From an uncultured archaeon (GTDB lineage: Archaea; Thermoproteota; Bathyarchaeia; Bathyarchaeales; Bathycorpusculaceae): a DNA stretch of 64,000 nucleotides. The position numbers and the translations under genes are program-made. Below the pieces are notes generated by a model, which saw only the letters and a program-made list of their open reading frames with translations, had not been told where the DNA came from and ran no database searches. Shown here in pieces: positions 29,168-38,797 of the stretch; the stretch's first letter is position 1, and every line of letters begins with the position of its first letter. The stretch is from the NCBI GenBank assembly GCA_963810275.1, contig CAWENF010000014.1:64001-128000 (forward strand), in the 5' to 3' direction.

Positions 29168-32100
29168 TAGGCTGCTGGCACCTCCGACGGGAACTTGGCA
29201 GTCACAACGTTAGAGATGCCGTGGCGTTCATAAACACCATACACTTTCTGAGCTTTGTTAACCATCTCCGGGCGGAGACTAATTACTATGAACTGGGTTT
29301 TATCCGCCTCATCACGCAATGTCTCAGCAAGTTTGGCGGTGTGATAAGCGTCCAAGTGGGCGTCCACCTCGTCAAGGATGTAGAAAGCCGCAGGTGAGAA
29401 TTCTTTTAGTGCGAAAATAAAAGCTACAGCCGAAATCGAGCGTTCCCCACCTGAGGCGCCGCTTACCACGATGCTGGGTTTGTCGGGAAATTGCACAAGC
29501 ATATCGATGCCGCCGGTGAATGGTTCATCAGGGTTCTCCAATTTCAGGGTGGCATTGCCGCCACCAGTCATCTTGTCAAAGTACAGGGTTAGGCTGGCGT
29601 TGATTTTGTCAAACGCAGTCATAAACACTTTGCGCTTTTTAGCTTCAATTTCATCCATAAAAGCGACTATGGCTTGTTTTTCTCGTTCCAACTCGTTTAA
29701 ACGTACGGACAGTTCCCGGTAACGGCTGATTTGATCCACGTAGTGGTCGGCGGCAAGTTGGTTGATAGCGCCTATACGGTCAAGCTCGAATTGCATCATA
29801 CGGATGGTGGTTTCTGCTGCTTGCACCTGTTGTGGCATAGTATCCAAGGGTTGCTCGTAGCCGTACTGGTTAAGCTGCGCCAACAGCTGCTGCAACCTTA
29901 GCTGGGCGGTTTCTAAAGAGACGTTAAGCTGGTTTTGGAGGCGATCTGCCTGCTCATATTCAGCGTCTAATGTGCGCAATTCGGCATCGATGACGTCGAT
30001 TTGGGAAGTAAACTTTTTAGCTTCTTCACGGGCGGACAACACAGCAGTGGATAATTCGACGCGTGTCTTCTCCAACTCGTTAGTCTCGATCTGCACGGCA
30101 TCCCGTTCGGCAGTGGCATCGGAGATTTCTTTTTGCAGCTTGGCCTGTTGTTGAGCAATCTTATCCACCTGAAGCTTAGCGTTCTTGTACCCGACACGTA
30201 GAACGTGGTCGAACTGGGATTGATTAGTGTTAATCTCCGTCTGCAACGAACCTATCCGTTGCCGAAGGGTGTTACCTTCTTCGCCGAGCTTTTCACGTTG
30301 CACTTCAAGCTCTTGGATGTGTGCCACGTCGGTTTTTAGCCGTAATACACCGATTTCTGTGTGAATTTTTTTGAGGCCGTTTTGGATGCTGTTGCGTTCG
30401 TTTCGGTAAACAGCCATACGCCCACGGAACGATTCGGCTTCACGCTGGAGTTTGTTGCCGTACTTGCCGATGTGGCGAATGTTTAGTTGGGTACGTTTGA
30501 CACCTCTGCGAACGCGGATGATTTCCCGTTCTAAGGTAGCGATGCCATCTTGAAGGCGGGTCATCTCGATTTTTGATTGTTCAAGCTCCTCGTCAATGGT
30601 TTCGATGTCTGTGCCACGTTGGGTAAGGTGGGTTTGAAGGGCCTTCACAGCTTCATCTAGGCTTTTAAGCGCCGATTCGCTAGGAATTATGGTGGAGAAG
30701 TCTATGGGAGCGCGGTAATAGCCGCTTTCAAACGCTCCGGGCTCATATAGGTCGCCGTTAACGGTTACGGCGCGATACCCCTCGTTTGATAATGCGAAAG
30801 CGGTTCTGTCATTGGAGACCACGATGGTGTCACCAAACACGTAGTTAACCGCCAAAGCATATTGACTGTCGTATTTCATGAAGCCTGAAATTACGCCTAT
30901 GACACCTTCCCGTTTGGGGTTGGACTTGTTCTTGAGGTTAATTGCGCCATGCAAGGGGATGATTTTGATTCTGCCCAATTTCATACGCCGAAGAGTCTCA
31001 GTGCATGTAAACGCTGTGTCAATGTCTTTTACGACGAGTGCGTCAAGCCAGCCTGTTGCAGCGGCTTCGATAGCTTTTTTAAAGCTACGGTCAATCTTGG
31101 TCAAACTACGCAGTCTACCGTGGATGCCGTTAATTGCGCCGACAGCCCCCATTTCCTCAACTGCACGCAGCGCCTTCTCTTCAGCCGCAATCGTCGCAGC
31201 CAAATCCCGCTGAGTAGCAAACTCGATGACGGCGTCTTTTGCACTTCCAGCAATTTTCTGCGCCTCAACAATCTCCCGCTCAACAGTCTCCTTCTGAATC
31301 TTTTTCTTCTCAATTATGTGTTCGAGGTTTTTTAGCTGCGCTTTCTGGTCGCACTGCACCTGCTCCAACTCGGAAAGGGACTTTTCGATTTCGGCGTGGC
31401 TTTGGACGAATTTTTCTTTGCGCACGTTGAGGTTTTTGAGTCTTCCAACGCAGAGCCGCAACGCCGCCTTATCCTGTTTGTATTCAGAACGCAAGAAAGC
31501 CAATCTGCGCACGTAGCCTTCAATTTGCCCTTCGAGGCGACGGATTTGCTGGTTGTTCCCTTCCAAGCCCTCCCAGAGCCCTGCGGTTTCCTTGGCGATA
31601 GCTTCATGCTGAGTCTGCTTCTCAGCAAGTTCAACATCAAGTTTAATAAGTTCGCTTCGGAGCTGCCGAATTTTAAGTCGGTTTTCCTTAATTTCGTTTT
31701 GCAAAGTCTGATGTTGGTTGATGTTATTTTCTCTCACACGCTTAAAGCTATCAAAGCTTGCTTGCCCCGAGTTGATTTTAGAGTTCAACTCTGTAAGTTT
31801 GCTTTTGAGTTCGCCGATTTTAATCTGAACCTTAAGAATTTCGCTACCACCCTGCTCTAGACCTTCGCCGCTGAGTTTACGCCAATCTCCCTCGATTTCA
31901 TGGCGTCGGTCACGGCGCAGGTCCCGATGCTCCCGCAGTTTATCCACTCGATCCTTGACTTTTACGGCTTGAGATGTAATTTCCTCGATTTTGGTGGATT
32001 GCTGGTTAATGTCACTTGAGATTTTGATAGCTTGGAACTTGCGGGTTTCCGCCTGAATAAAACTGTACCGCAAAAGCTGATTTCGCTCCCTCTCCAAGTC

Positions 32101-32721
32101 GTCAAGGCGCTTCTGAACCTCATCGATTCTGCCCATGGCGGTGCGGATCGAAATGTCGGCTGCTCGGAGCTTCTCTTCTGCCTCGGTTTTTTCGGAGTCG
32201 TACTGAGCGATGCCGATGAGATCTTCGATGATTTTTCTGCGTTCTTGAGAGGTCAAGTCGGTTAGTCGAGTGATCGTACCCTGCGGAAGGATGTTGTTGC
32301 TCATAGTACTAACTGCAGCCATTGAGAGGGTCTCAGTTATCATGGTACGGCTCATGCGGCGCCCGTTGAGGCGGTAGACGCTTTGACCGTTGCGGTAAAC
32401 TTCTCGCGAAATGGTCACCGTTGTAGTATCTACTGGCATTAAGCCATCGCTATTGTCGAATTGAACCACGACTTTAGCCATCTTAGCCTTGTCTAAACCC
32501 GCTTTTTCGGAGCCATGAAAAATCAGCTTTGCACTGTTCTCTGCTCTAAGTCGTCGGGTGCTAAGTTCTCCCAGAGAGAAAAGCAGGGCGTCCATGATGT
32601 TAGATTTGCCGCTTCCGTTGGGACCAGTTACTGCTGTGAACCCCTTCTCGAAGTTGACCTTAACTGTTTGTGGCCCAAAAGACTTAAAGCCTTTTAACTC
32701 GATTTTTTTGATGTACGGCAC
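29167..32721 (-). CDS. smc: Chromosome segregation protein SMC
   Basis: GFKSF, Walker A GPNGSGKS, Q-loop PQG, coiled coils, hinge, signature SGGE and Walker B ILDEVDAHLD. Confidence 0.97.
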   Translation of the reverse strand: MPYIKKIELKGFKSFGPQTVKVNFEKGFTAVTGPNGSGKSNIMDALLFSLGELSTRRLRAENSAKLIFHGSEKAGLDKAKMAKVVVQFDNSDGLMPVDTTTVTISREVYRNGQSVYRLNGRRMSRTMITETLSMAAVSTMSNNILPQGTITRLTDLTSQERRKIIEDLIGIAQYDSEKTEAEEKLRAADISIRTAMGRIDEVQKRLDDLERERNQLLRYSFIQAETRKFQAIKISSDINQQSTKIEEITSQAVKVKDRVDKLREHRDLRRDRRHEIEGDWRKLSGEGLEQGGSEILKVQIKIGELKSKLTELNSKINSGQASFDSFKRVRENNINQHQTLQNEIKENRLKIRQLRSELIKLDVELAEKQTQHEAIAKETAGLWEGLEGNNQQIRRLEGQIEGYVRRLAFLRSEYKQDKAALRLCVGRLKNLNVRKEKFVQSHAEIEKSLSELEQVQCDQKAQLKNLEHIIEKKKIQKETVEREIVEAQKIAGSAKDAVIEFATQRDLAATIAAEEKALRAVEEMGAVGAINGIHGRLRSLTKIDRSFKKAIEAAATGWLDALVVKDIDTAFTCTETLRRMKLGRIKIIPLHGAINLKNKSNPKREGVIGVISGFMKYDSQYALAVNYVFGDTIVVSNDRTAFALSNEGYRAVTVNGDLYEPGAFESGYYRAPIDFSTIIPSESALKSLDEAVKALQTHLTQRGTDIETIDEELEQSKIEMTRLQDGIATLEREIIRVRRGVKRTQLNIRHIGKYGNKLQREAESFRGRMAVYRNERNSIQNGLKKIHTEIGVLRLKTDVAHIQELEVQREKLGEEGNTLRQRIGSLQTEINTNQSQFDHVLRVGYKNAKLQVDKIAQQQAKLQKEISDATAERDAVQIETNELEKTRVELSTAVLSAREEAKKFTSQIDVIDAELRTLDAEYEQADRLQNQLNVSLETAQLRLQQLLAQLNQYGYEQPLDTMPQQVQAAETTIRMMQFELDRIGAINQLAADHYVDQISRYRELSVRLNELEREKQAIVAFMDEIEAKKRKVFMTAFDKINASLTLYFDKMTGGGNATLKLENPDEPFTGGIDMLVQFPDKPSIVVSGASGGERSISAVAFIFALKEFSPAAFYILDEVDAHLDAYHTAKLAETLRDEADKTQFIVISLRPEMVNKAQKVYGVYERHGISNVVTAKFPSEVPAA

Positions 32722-32752
32722 TTAGCCTTTTACCCCTCTCACGGAAACGCTT

Positions 32753-32800
32753 GATGTTTTTTAAAACATCCATCAGTATCAAACGTATAAAAGCTTATAC
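32753..32800. promoter_or_regulatory. Two palindromes upstream of smc, one overlapping the likely TATA box
   Basis: GATGTTTT-TT-AAAACATC (32753-32770) and GTATAA-AAGC-TTATAC (32785-32800); the minus strand reads TTTTATAC. Confidence 0.4.
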
Positions 32801-33199
32801 ATATGTTGGTTGCGTTTATACTCCTGTTCTGGTAAAGGTTAAGCGTTAGAAAACCTTTTAGGTTTTTTGTAGAAATGAACCTGTTCGCCAGTAACAGTTA
32901 ATTCGCCATATTTTTGCCATCCCGGCATGGGCTGCTTCTTGACTTAATCAATGGTTTTGACGCTTGTGACTTCAAATTCATAATCTTCGAAATTCAGCGT
33001 CTGGATGTACTTCATTCGACAAATGAAGTCCCTTCAATAGTTGAGAGCATAGGTAGAGAGAAAGGCCAAATTATTTTTATTTTGTTTTTTATAGTTCTGA
33101 TCTATTTGCTTCCCTCTAAATCCCTGAATTCCGTGAAGATCTTCGGGGCTGGCTGCAAAGTTTAATTAGAGATCGCAGCGGTACCTTTTGGGGATTTCA

Positions 33200-33433
33200 A
33201 TGTCTGAAGCATACGTATTGATCAATGTTGGATCAGGATCGGAAGACAAAGTGTTAAACGAAATCAAAAAAACCCAAGGCGTAAAAGAAGTCTACGTTTC
33301 CTACGGCGTCTACGATTTAGTCGTCAAAGTTGCCGCCGACTCAGCAGAAGAAATGAAAGAAACCGTAACACATCGACTAAGAAACATCAACGGCGTAGTT
33401 TCAACTTTAACTTTAACAGTCATCGAACAGTAA
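33200..33433 (+). CDS. Stand-alone Lrp/AsnC ligand-binding (RAM) domain protein
   Basis: AYVLIN...VKEVYVSYGVYDLVVKV...LRNINGVVSTLTL, with no HTH. Confidence 0.88.
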   Translation: MSEAYVLINVGSGSEDKVLNEIKKTQGVKEVYVSYGVYDLVVKVAADSAEEMKETVTHRLRNINGVVSTLTLTVIEQ

Positions 33434-34087
33434 TAGTCTGAACGGAGCCTCAGAAACCGAAAAATCGTTCAAAAAATCCACTTAGTCAGAAATTAAAACT
33501 ACCCAAGCACCAGTCTTGGGTACGCGGGCGATCCAAAAATTTTCTGGAATTTTTTCGGTATCAACTTCTTCAATGATTCATTGATTGGGCATAGCCAAAA
33601 ATAGAAAGATGTAGATTGCTTAATCAACGAATTTATTCTTCTTGGTAATAATCGCAGTCGCAATCTTCATCGTAACGGCAATCATTATCTTCTTCTTCAA
33701 AAATCATGAATAAGCTTATCTATGGAACATTTTTTTGAATTTAATAGGCTTTTCGACATTCATCGAAAATTTTGATTCTAGAGATGATAACAAAAAAGTA
33801 TAGAAACAAGGAGAAAAAGAAAGATTGTGCTATGTGTTTTTTTACCTAAAGCAAATAGTCATCAAGAGTAGTGCGTTGCAAAGTTAACACTTAACTTTAA
33901 TTTTAATGGCGAAATCAACTTTGAACGCCCACAAACAAATACATAACTCCATGTTGTTTAAAAGTTTTATATATACTTAGACACATTTGCTATGAAGATT
34001 CAAAATTCATAACACCTTTATTTTCATACCGTCCAATTAACAGTAAAAACAGCTCTGAGACTAAACACTAAAGGGCACAGTATCGAG

Positions 34088-34462
34088 ATGAAATCGTTGG
34101 GTGAAAAAGACAGGGACCAAAACTATGAGGCAATTCTACTGCAATCGATAGATGAAGCCTTACTAACCCTGGGAGAAAACGTTCGATTATCAATCTACTT
34201 CCATCTTCAAACAAAATTCGGTCTCCCCAAGAACGAAATCCCTAACCAATCAGTGGAGTTCTCAGATGCCCTAGACAAAATTTTTGGGGAAGCTTCGAGA
34301 AAAATTGAAATTCTCATAATGAAGTTCCTAAACGAAAAAGTGCAATGCAAATACAAGTGGACGGGTCCAAATTGGCTGGTTCCTAACTTAACTTTTGAAG
34401 ACTACTTAAAAATGGTAAAGGTCAAATTGGAAAGTGAGAAAAGCAAGCAGAGGCGCAGCTAA
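34088..34462 (+). CDS. Small helical signalling-associated protein (DUF3227/NitrOD-like)
   Basis: LLQSIDEALLTLGE...IYFHLQ..FGL...EIP....FSDAL.KIFG pattern, recalled from TACK proteins next to two-component genes. The family name is tentative. Confidence 0.6.
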   Translation: MKSLGEKDRDQNYEAILLQSIDEALLTLGENVRLSIYFHLQTKFGLPKNEIPNQSVEFSDALDKIFGEASRKIEILIMKFLNEKVQCKYKWTGPNWLVPNLTFEDYLKMVKVKLESEKSKQRRS

Positions 34463-34765
34463 ATGGAGGAGGGCAAGCGGGTCAGAAAACAAAGTGACAC
34501 CTTCATCACGTTAATTATTCTGCTGGATTTAAAAAACAACATTGTATCGATTAACCACGCCAGTAAGGTATGCATCAGAATAAAGAAAGAGGAATTCACA
34601 GGAATAAGCCCGTTCAGAAAAGGGTTATTTGGAGAGAGAGAAACCGTCATGGAAATCCACGGCGAAACCATAACGGTTCAAGCGGTAAAACCTAGGGCAC
34701 GAATTTCAAGTTATACTTACCTTTTGAACATAAAACAAAAGGAGGAGGTGAAAATGCATGGATAA
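34463..34765 (+). pseudogene. Degenerate PAS-like fragment
   Basis: IILLDLKNNIVSINHA....IKKEEFTG resembles a PAS N-terminus; the rest is not recognisable. Confidence 0.4.
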
Positions 34766-35210
34766 ACATCCCCGAATCCTCGTTGTCGACGACGACGAAA
34801 CTATCCGCACAACCATGAAAGTTATACTGCAAGACGAAGGCTACATAGTGGACCTCGCTGCTACAGGCAAAGAAGCCATCCAAAAAACTCAAGAGGAAAC
34901 TTACAACATCGCACTCTTAGACATCAGACTACCCGATATGGAAGGCGTAGAACTTCTTAAAATGCTCAAAGACGGCGTGCCCCGAACCCGCAAAATCATG
35001 GTCACCGGCTACCCGTCAATGCAAAACGCTATTTCCGCTTTAAACAAAAACGCAGACGCATACTTACTAAAACCCGTCGACGTCGAGAAACTGTTGGCAA
35101 CTGTGAAACAGCAGCTTTATGCTCAGGAGAGCGATCGTAAATTCAGCGAAGAGAAAGTAGCTGAATTCATCGAAAGCAGAGTTAAAGAAGTCTCCACAGG
35201 CAATCTCTAA
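34758..35210 (+). CDS. Response regulator receiver protein
   Basis: ILVVDDD, phosphoacceptor LLDIRLPD, VTG and YLLKP motifs; short C-terminal helix and no DNA-binding domain. Confidence 0.93.
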   Translation: MDKHPRILVVDDDETIRTTMKVILQDEGYIVDLAATGKEAIQKTQEETYNIALLDIRLPDMEGVELLKMLKDGVPRTRKIMVTGYPSMQNAISALNKNADAYLLKPVDVEKLLATVKQQLYAQESDRKFSEEKVAEFIESRVKEVSTGNL

Positions 35211-35385
35211 GCTGCCTTAACACATACCTTTCCTTTTTATTTTTGGTGTATGCTGTTTTGTAGCTGAGTTTAGCCGTCGGTTGGCGTCGTTTTTTAAGAA
35301 GACTATCACCCATTTATAAGTGGTTGTGAGAGCAGAAAATTTTTATCTCCCCGTGTGTTGGTCTCAGGGTACAGGTTAAAGAAAT

Positions 35386-35610
35386 ATGAGTTTTGGAAAC
35401 ATTAGGATGCTTAGCGGCGTTCAAGAAGTGCTTTCATTGGTGCTGATGATAGTGGCTATGATGGCTGTTATTTACCTGCCGGACATTGATTTAATGGTCA
35501 GGGTCGGCATCGCCGTGTTCGCTTTTGCAGTGATTATGCTAGTAAACTTGGCTACAGCGCTACTTAAGCAGCAGAAGGAAATTAGAGAGCGCCAAATGAA
35601 GCAGGCGTAA
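35386..35610 (+). CDS. Small two-TM membrane protein
   Basis: 74 aa with two hydrophobic helices and a basic tail; TATA-like TTTTTATC upstream. Confidence 0.7.
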   Translation: MSFGNIRMLSGVQEVLSLVLMIVAMMAVIYLPDIDLMVRVGIAVFAFAVIMLVNLATALLKQQKEIRERQMKQA

Positions 35611-35734
35611 CCCTTCAGTTTTTAGCTTTCAGTTTCAGTTACCTCCCCCCTCCATGGCGTGGTCTTTTCCTCGATGCTTTAAATAGACAAAACAGGCGAT
35701 ACTTTGCCAATATAACAGTTGGAGACACCAAGCC

Positions 35735-36448
35735 GTGATGCAAAACATAATAGTTAAGCCCCAGATGGCACAGCAGAAATTCACATTCAACACTCTAGAA
35801 GTAGACGACCTCTACCCAGGATTCACCCCTGGAGAATTCGCTGTCATCCACGGCTCAAACAGCGTCTCAATACTCTCCGCCATGCTCTGCGTCCGGGCAC
35901 AGCTACCCACTCAGCTAGGCGGGTTAAGCGGCAACGTAATCTACATCGACTGTGCAAACACCTTTTCAGCCGACAAAATCGCACGCTATGCCCAAACCAA
36001 TCACCTCAACCCCCACGGCGTACGCCAACGAATCTACAACTTTAGTGCATTCACCGCCTACCAACTCACCTCTCTAATAGTTGATAAGCTGGAAGAAAAA
36101 CTGCTTAGCTGCAACGCAAAACTCGTCATAGTCTCAGACATCGCAAACTTGTTCATCGACAACGCTTTCCCAAAAGAAGAAACTCAGCGGGCATACGGAC
36201 AAATCATCACTTACCTCGCGAATTTAGCCCTCAAACACCAAATCATAGTAATAGCCACCTACCCGTCTCACGAGGGCAGCGCAAGAAACATTGCCCTAAA
36301 AGAAATGACGCTTAGCAAAGCAGATACGGTGTTGTCATACTACAAGTCCCCCTACACCGCCGAGTTGAATTTAGAGAAGCACCCAACCTACATGCTGGGT
36401 ACCGTTGAACCTCCTACTGAGAATATGTCGCTCACAGCGTTTTTTTAG
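35735..36448 (+). CDS. RadA/Rad51-like protein with degenerate ATPase motifs
   Basis: RadA-like VDDLYPGF.PGE, QLPTQLGGLSGNVIYID..NTF and KLVIVSD, but no GKT in the P-loop. Confidence 0.85.
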   Translation: MMQNIIVKPQMAQQKFTFNTLEVDDLYPGFTPGEFAVIHGSNSVSILSAMLCVRAQLPTQLGGLSGNVIYIDCANTFSADKIARYAQTNHLNPHGVRQRIYNFSAFTAYQLTSLIVDKLEEKLLSCNAKLVIVSDIANLFIDNAFPKEETQRAYGQIITYLANLALKHQIIVIATYPSHEGSARNIALKEMTLSKADTVLSYYKSPYTAELNLEKHPTYMLGTVEPPTENMSLTAFF

Positions 36449-37309
36449 CCACAAAACCCCTTAGTGACCCTTACGATGTTCAGGATAAGCATAACTGCTC
36501 CGCAGGTTGCTTCTCTTCTGTTTTTTGCATAGTCCATCCGCCACATCCCAGTGGGCAACTGTTTTCCAGCCAGCAAAGCCCCCTCTGGATATTTAAATCA
36601 TCCTTAACCTAGCCAATCTGCATCAATATTTCAAGTACGGTAAGAATGTTGGCCACCAGAACATAAAGCGTATCCAGTATCGAGCAGCCTGATATGAAGT
36701 GTAAAAAGTGAGGCTGAAAAAAGATGGCTTTAATTAACATCAGAAGTATTGCCATCGCGTAGTAGATGAAACACGGGTTAGCGAGCATACGGATGTCTCT
36801 TTCTGATGTTTGATTGCTGAAAAGGTACATTGATGACTACTCCACCGTCGGGTGCTAACTTGCTAGTTCATATCGTTTAAATAGAATGCAAAAGTTTCTC
36901 GATGTTTCCGCGAGTTCGCGTTGCTTTTCTGGGTAAGTGACGGGTTTTTTCCGTCGTGCTTCTATGAACCTTCTGGCTGATGCTTGGGAATTATTCGCTG
37001 GACGTAGGCAGCTACCAAATTACTGTTATTGACACGACTGCTTCTTCTTGCAGGTCGCGGTGCGAAGTATTCTAAGGCTTTGTCCTTTGGATAGCAGGAC
37101 AGGTAGGATGTCGGTTTTTAGTTCTTGTATCCAAGGTTGGGCAAAAATGCGTAGGAGGTAAGCGAACAGCTTATTGTCAATATAGCGCACCTGATGCATC
37201 GAAAACAAAATAAATCGAGCGGATGGAATTTAGCTTTTGATTCACTGAAAAGACGCAATAGCCATATAGCAGTTGATTGGAAAATAAAAGTGAAATGGGT
37301 TGGGGAAGT

Positions 37310-37540
37310 TTAATAGAAGTTTCGGGCTTCTTTTCGTTTCTCAGCTTCCTCATAGAAGCGAAGAACTTCATCAATGATTTCGACGTTGGAGAGCAGCATA
37401 CGCCTGCAACAGTACCGTTTAATTCCGAGGCTGTCAAGCACGTCGCTTGCGTTCTCGCCAGTCTTTATGCGCCGAGTGAATTCGTCCCATCGGTCTCCAA
37501 CCAACTTGCCGCAGGTGAAGCATCTAACTGGGATAATCAC
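37310..37540 (-). CDS. rpoN: RNA polymerase subunit N (Rpo10)
   Basis: [12 protein letters not shown]...RYCCRRM. Confidence 0.97.
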   Translation of the reverse strand: MIIPVRCFTCGKLVGDRWDEFTRRIKTGENASDVLDSLGIKRYCCRRMLLSNVEIIDEVLRFYEEAEKRKEARNFY

Positions 37541-37553
37541 TTTCTTCTATCTC

Positions 37554-37970
37554 CTACCTGTACGATTTCTGTTCCTTGGAACGTGCGCCTGATCCGCCCA
37601 CTTTCTTTGTTTCTTTAGCTCTGCTATCGCCAGCAACCATTGTACGGTCATATTCATTGAATACTGTACGCAGATGGCTGCTTTTGGTCCATTTGAGAAG
37701 ACCATTGGCTATTGCCATGCGCGCTGCTTCTGCTTGCCCCATGTAGCCGCCGCCACTTGTCCTGACGTCCATATCGACTTGTTGCCATACATCGCCGCCA
37801 GCTTGGAGAAGAGGCTCCATGATTTTAGCTTTGGCAATATCTGGTGCATAAATTTCAACTGGAGTTAGGTTTATGCGGACTTTACCGACGCCTTGCCGTA
37901 TGATGGCACGAGCGACTGCTGTTTTACGTTTTCCACTTACTACTAAAACTTTTTTTGTTGTTGTTGGCAT
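37554..37970 (-). CDS. rps9: 30S ribosomal protein S9
   Basis: GKRKTAVARA, GGG.MGQAEA and QKSYR C-terminus; ATG at 37970. Confidence 0.97.
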   Translation of the reverse strand: MPTTTKKVLVVSGKRKTAVARAIIRQGVGKVRINLTPVEIYAPDIAKAKIMEPLLQAGGDVWQQVDMDVRTSGGGYMGQAEAARMAIANGLLKWTKSSHLRTVFNEYDRTMVAGDSRAKETKKVGGSGARSKEQKSYR

Positions 37971-37975
37971 AATAA

Positions 37976-38426
37976 TTACTCCATCCTGTTTCTCCACCCA
38001 ATTTCTTTTGCCATTTCAGCAAGGGTGAAGTGTGGCCCTTTAAGGTTTGCTACTTGAGCTTCATCAAATTGGATCATTGGTTTATCTTTGAATTCTGCTG
38101 GAACACCCAGAGTATGCCTTGAGGTGTTTGTAGGCATTTTTACCTTTCGCCTGTTTCATTGGAAGCATACCACGGAAACTTTTGCGCAGGAACCGATCAG
38201 GTCGGCGGTAGTGGAATGGTCCACGGGCGGGTGCACCGACTTCTAGGAAAAGATGTTGTTCAGCAATTTTGCTCTTTCGTTTACCTGAGAAAACTGCTTT
38301 TTCAGCGTTTAGGATGATTACTTCTTCACCGTTAAGAAGCATTTTAGCTACTTTGCTGCCCATACGGCCGACAATTTGACCTTCAGCGTTCACAAAAGTA
38401 ACTGCAGATTTTGTTGTTGTTTGCAT
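37976..38426 (-). CDS. rpl13: 50S ribosomal protein L13; 1-nt frameshift near 38110
   Basis: GRMGS.VAK.LL.GE, NAEKAV, GP...RRPD and RGMLP motifs. Removing one base restores YLGVPAEF...EMAKEIGW to the stop at 37976. Confidence 0.93.
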
Positions 38427-38434
38427 TTCTGGTT

Positions 38435-38797
38435 TCACCGGATAAGTTTTACGTTTGAGCCTTTGGGGTTTTGTGCTAAGAGCTCTTGGATTGTGATGCA
38501 CTTGGATTTTGCCGCTTCCAGTTTGGTTTTAGCAGATTCTGAAGCCTCAAAAGCTGCCACTGTTACTGCGTGGTCCAGTGCACCTGAAGCCAGCACTTTG
38601 CCTGGAACAACCACTACACCGTCTTTCTCGCTGTGCCTGTTTACGTTGCTCAGGTTGACGGCGACACGTTGTCTACGTGTGTGAGCAAGATAGTCTGCTA
38701 CGTCAGCCCAGATTGGAGCTTCCTGTTCTTTGCTAGTTTTACGTAGGAGACGGATGACTTCGATTAGTTGTGGATTGGTGGTTTTGGTTTCTCTCAT
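38435..38797 (-). CDS. rpl18e: 50S ribosomal protein L18e
   Basis: TNPQL, VNLS.VNR, VVPGKVL and NPKGSNV motifs. Confidence 0.96.
   Translation of the reverse strand: MRETKTTNPQLIEVIRLLRKTSKEQEAPIWADVADYLAHTRRQRVAVNLSNVNRHSEKDGVVVVPGKVLASGALDHAVTVAAFEASESAKTKLEAAKSKCITIQELLAQNPKGSNVKLIR

Noticed and set aside
32914-33165. 83-aa ORF upstream of the RAM-domain gene
   Set aside because: No motif or convincing start signals; likely spurious.
33500-33522. Inverted repeat TACCCAAG-N7-CTTGGGTA
   Set aside because: Single short hairpin downstream of a gene; possibly a terminator, but there is no supporting repeat or element.
36449-37309. 860-bp gap with short ORFs after rpoN (tRNA, ncRNA or mobile element?)
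   Set aside because: No cloverleaf, terminal inverted repeats or protein motif could be recognised; probably decayed DNA.
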